Source of the DNA: a virus
Lineage: Duplodnaviria; Heunggongvirae; Uroviricota; Caudoviricetes
Direction: 5' to 3' (one strand)
IMG/VR virus record: IMGVR_UViG_2675903468_000003
Span: 1 to 40,979 of that record
Length of the DNA: 40,979 nt
Shown piece by piece: positions 40,167 to 40,979 of the stretch; positions within the stretch are counted from its first letter, which is position 1; every line of letters starts with the position of its first letter. A program made the translations under genes and the position numbers. The notes beneath the pieces were generated by a model that saw only the letters and a list, made by a program, of their open reading frames with translations, was not told the DNA's origin and did not search any database.

Positions 40167-40180
40167 CAGGGGACACCAGA
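40167..40180 (+). other. Putative attR core (3' end of argW-like tRNA-Arg)
   Basis: TGCAGGGGACACCA equals the acceptor-stem 3' strand plus CCA of argW as recalled. Follows the AlpA-like gene, at the far end from int. Confidence 0.45.
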
Positions 40181-40566
40181 TACCCTTCAAACGAAATCTA
40201 CCTTCACCCCGTAAAAGATGGGTTTGGCAGCACACTTGCCTTATATCTACTCATTTTTACTGCAACAGGTTGAAATCTCAGCACTGTCAGAAAGCGCTGA
40301 TGACTAAACAGCCCTGGGCCGGGCGATGTAACCATCACACAGAATCCTGATAGCGAAATATGGCGTGACTCGATACTTCACTCCGCAATGCATTCCTTGA
40401 TGAATTCGCAGGACCGTGATACACGGGACAGGTCACTGAATGACGACAATGTCCTGGAAATCAGCGAACCGCGCATCTGAAGTACATTTGAGCGACTGTA
40501 CCAGAACATGAATGAGGCGTTTGGATTAGGCGATTATTAGCAGGGCTAAGCATTTTACTATTATTA

Positions 40567-40610
40567 TTTTCCGGTTGAGGGATATAGAGCTATCGACAAC
40601 AACCGGAAAA
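40567..40610. repeat. Perfect 11-bp inverted repeat with about 21-nt spacer
   Basis: TTTTCCGGTTG ... CAACCGGAAAA, immediately beyond the stop of the terminal minus-strand ORF. No U-tract. Confidence 0.4.
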
Positions 40611-40619
40611 AGTTTACGT

Positions 40620-40979
40620 CTATATTGCTGAAGGTACAGGCGTTTCCATAACTATTTGCTCGCGTTTTTTACTCAAGAAGAAAATGCCAAATAGCAACAT
40701 CAGGCAGACAATACCCGAAATTGCGAAGAAAACTGTCTGGTAGCCTGCGTGGTCAAAGAGTATCCCAGTCGGCGTTGAAAGCAGCACAATCCCAAGCGAA
40801 CTGGCAATTTGAAAACCAATCAGAAAGATCGTCGACGACAGGCGCTTATCAAAGTTTGCCACGCTGTATTTGAAGACGGATATGACACAAAGTGGAACCT
40901 CAATGGCATGTAACAACTTCACTAATGAAATAATCCAGGGGTTAACGAACAGCGCGCAGGAAAGGATACGCAACGCCAT
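40620..40979 (-). CDS. LacY-family (oligosaccharide:H+ symporter) permease C-terminal region, probably host flank; possibly partial
   Basis: ...LSTPTGILFDHAGYQTVFFAISGIVCLMLLFGIFFLS resembles the LacY C-terminal TM region. ORF starts at the last base of the window, so the 5' end may lie outside it. Confidence 0.5.
   Translation of the reverse strand: MALRILSCALFVNPWIISLVKLLHAIEVPLCVISVFKYSVANFDKRLSSTIFLIGFQIASSLGIVLLSTPTGILFDHAGYQTVFFAISGIVCLMLLFGIFFLSKKREQIVMETPVPSAI

Larger units (their letters stand above)
1..40180. mobile_element. P22/Sf6-like lambdoid prophage; integrase at left edge, putative attR at right edge
   Basis: Contiguous phage modules: integrase, P22-order morphogenetic genes, lambda-type S/R/Rz, Q and nin genes, P22-type c2/cro, Erf, AlpA-like gene. 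Right boundary set at the tRNA-Arg 3'-end motif near 40167-40180. attL would lie upstream of the window. Confidence 0.85.

Overview
This window is an almost complete lambdoid prophage of the P22/Sf6 type, about 40.2 kb, followed by roughly 0.8 kb of apparent host flank. Calls rest on reading the ORF-track translations against protein and site sequences recalled from memory; no database search was run. Motif and self-derived small-ORF coordinates are hand-counted and may be off by 1-2 nt.

Layout, left to right:
- 1-1158 (+): P4/IntS-type tyrosine integrase, convergent with an SOS-box-preceded, degenerate UmuD'-like ORF.
- 1708-2859 (+): AT-rich acyltransferase-3 gene, a likely O-antigen modification moron.
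- 2911-20097 (-): P22-like morphogenetic operon (tailspike, ejection proteins, tail needle, coat, scaffold, portal, terminase, with an intact P22 pac site inside the small-terminase gene). It is interrupted by an orphan mnt repressor and an opposite-strand HNH endonuclease gene.
- 20121-21968 (-): small late-region ORFs, a DUF551 gene and a truncated rha remnant.
- 21969-24777 (-): lambda-type lysis cassette (S, R, Rz/Rz1), tR', PR' and Q.
- 24774-28117 (-): lambda-type nin region with an inserted MT-A70 adenine methyltransferase.
- 28194-30446 (-): DnaB-type helicase and an O-like initiator carrying ori iterons, apparently frameshifted.
- 30690-32662: cII, nutR, P22-type cro/c2 immunity region with operators, PL, nutL and an N-like antiterminator.
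- 32668-39832 (+): early-left operon of mostly unknown small proteins, plus Erf and an SSB.
- 39890-40090 (+): AlpA/Xis-like gene, then a tRNA-Arg 3'-end motif that is the probable attR.
- 40620-40979 (-): LacY-family permease C-terminus, probably host.

No single obviously novel multi-gene system stands out. The observations most worth follow-up are:
- an ~80-nt element present in the same transcriptional sense in both the PL leader and the late-operon leader, with compensatory changes in its outer stem;
- two non-overlapping argW-like tRNA pieces bracketing the alpA-like gene;
- the uncharacterised accessory block just downstream of N (acidic small proteins, terminators, a 322-aa E/A/K/R-rich helical protein);
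- the SOS-box/UmuD'-like moron next to int;
- the HNH insertion between portal and terminase;
- homopolymer frameshifts in the O-like gene and in a small gene after N.
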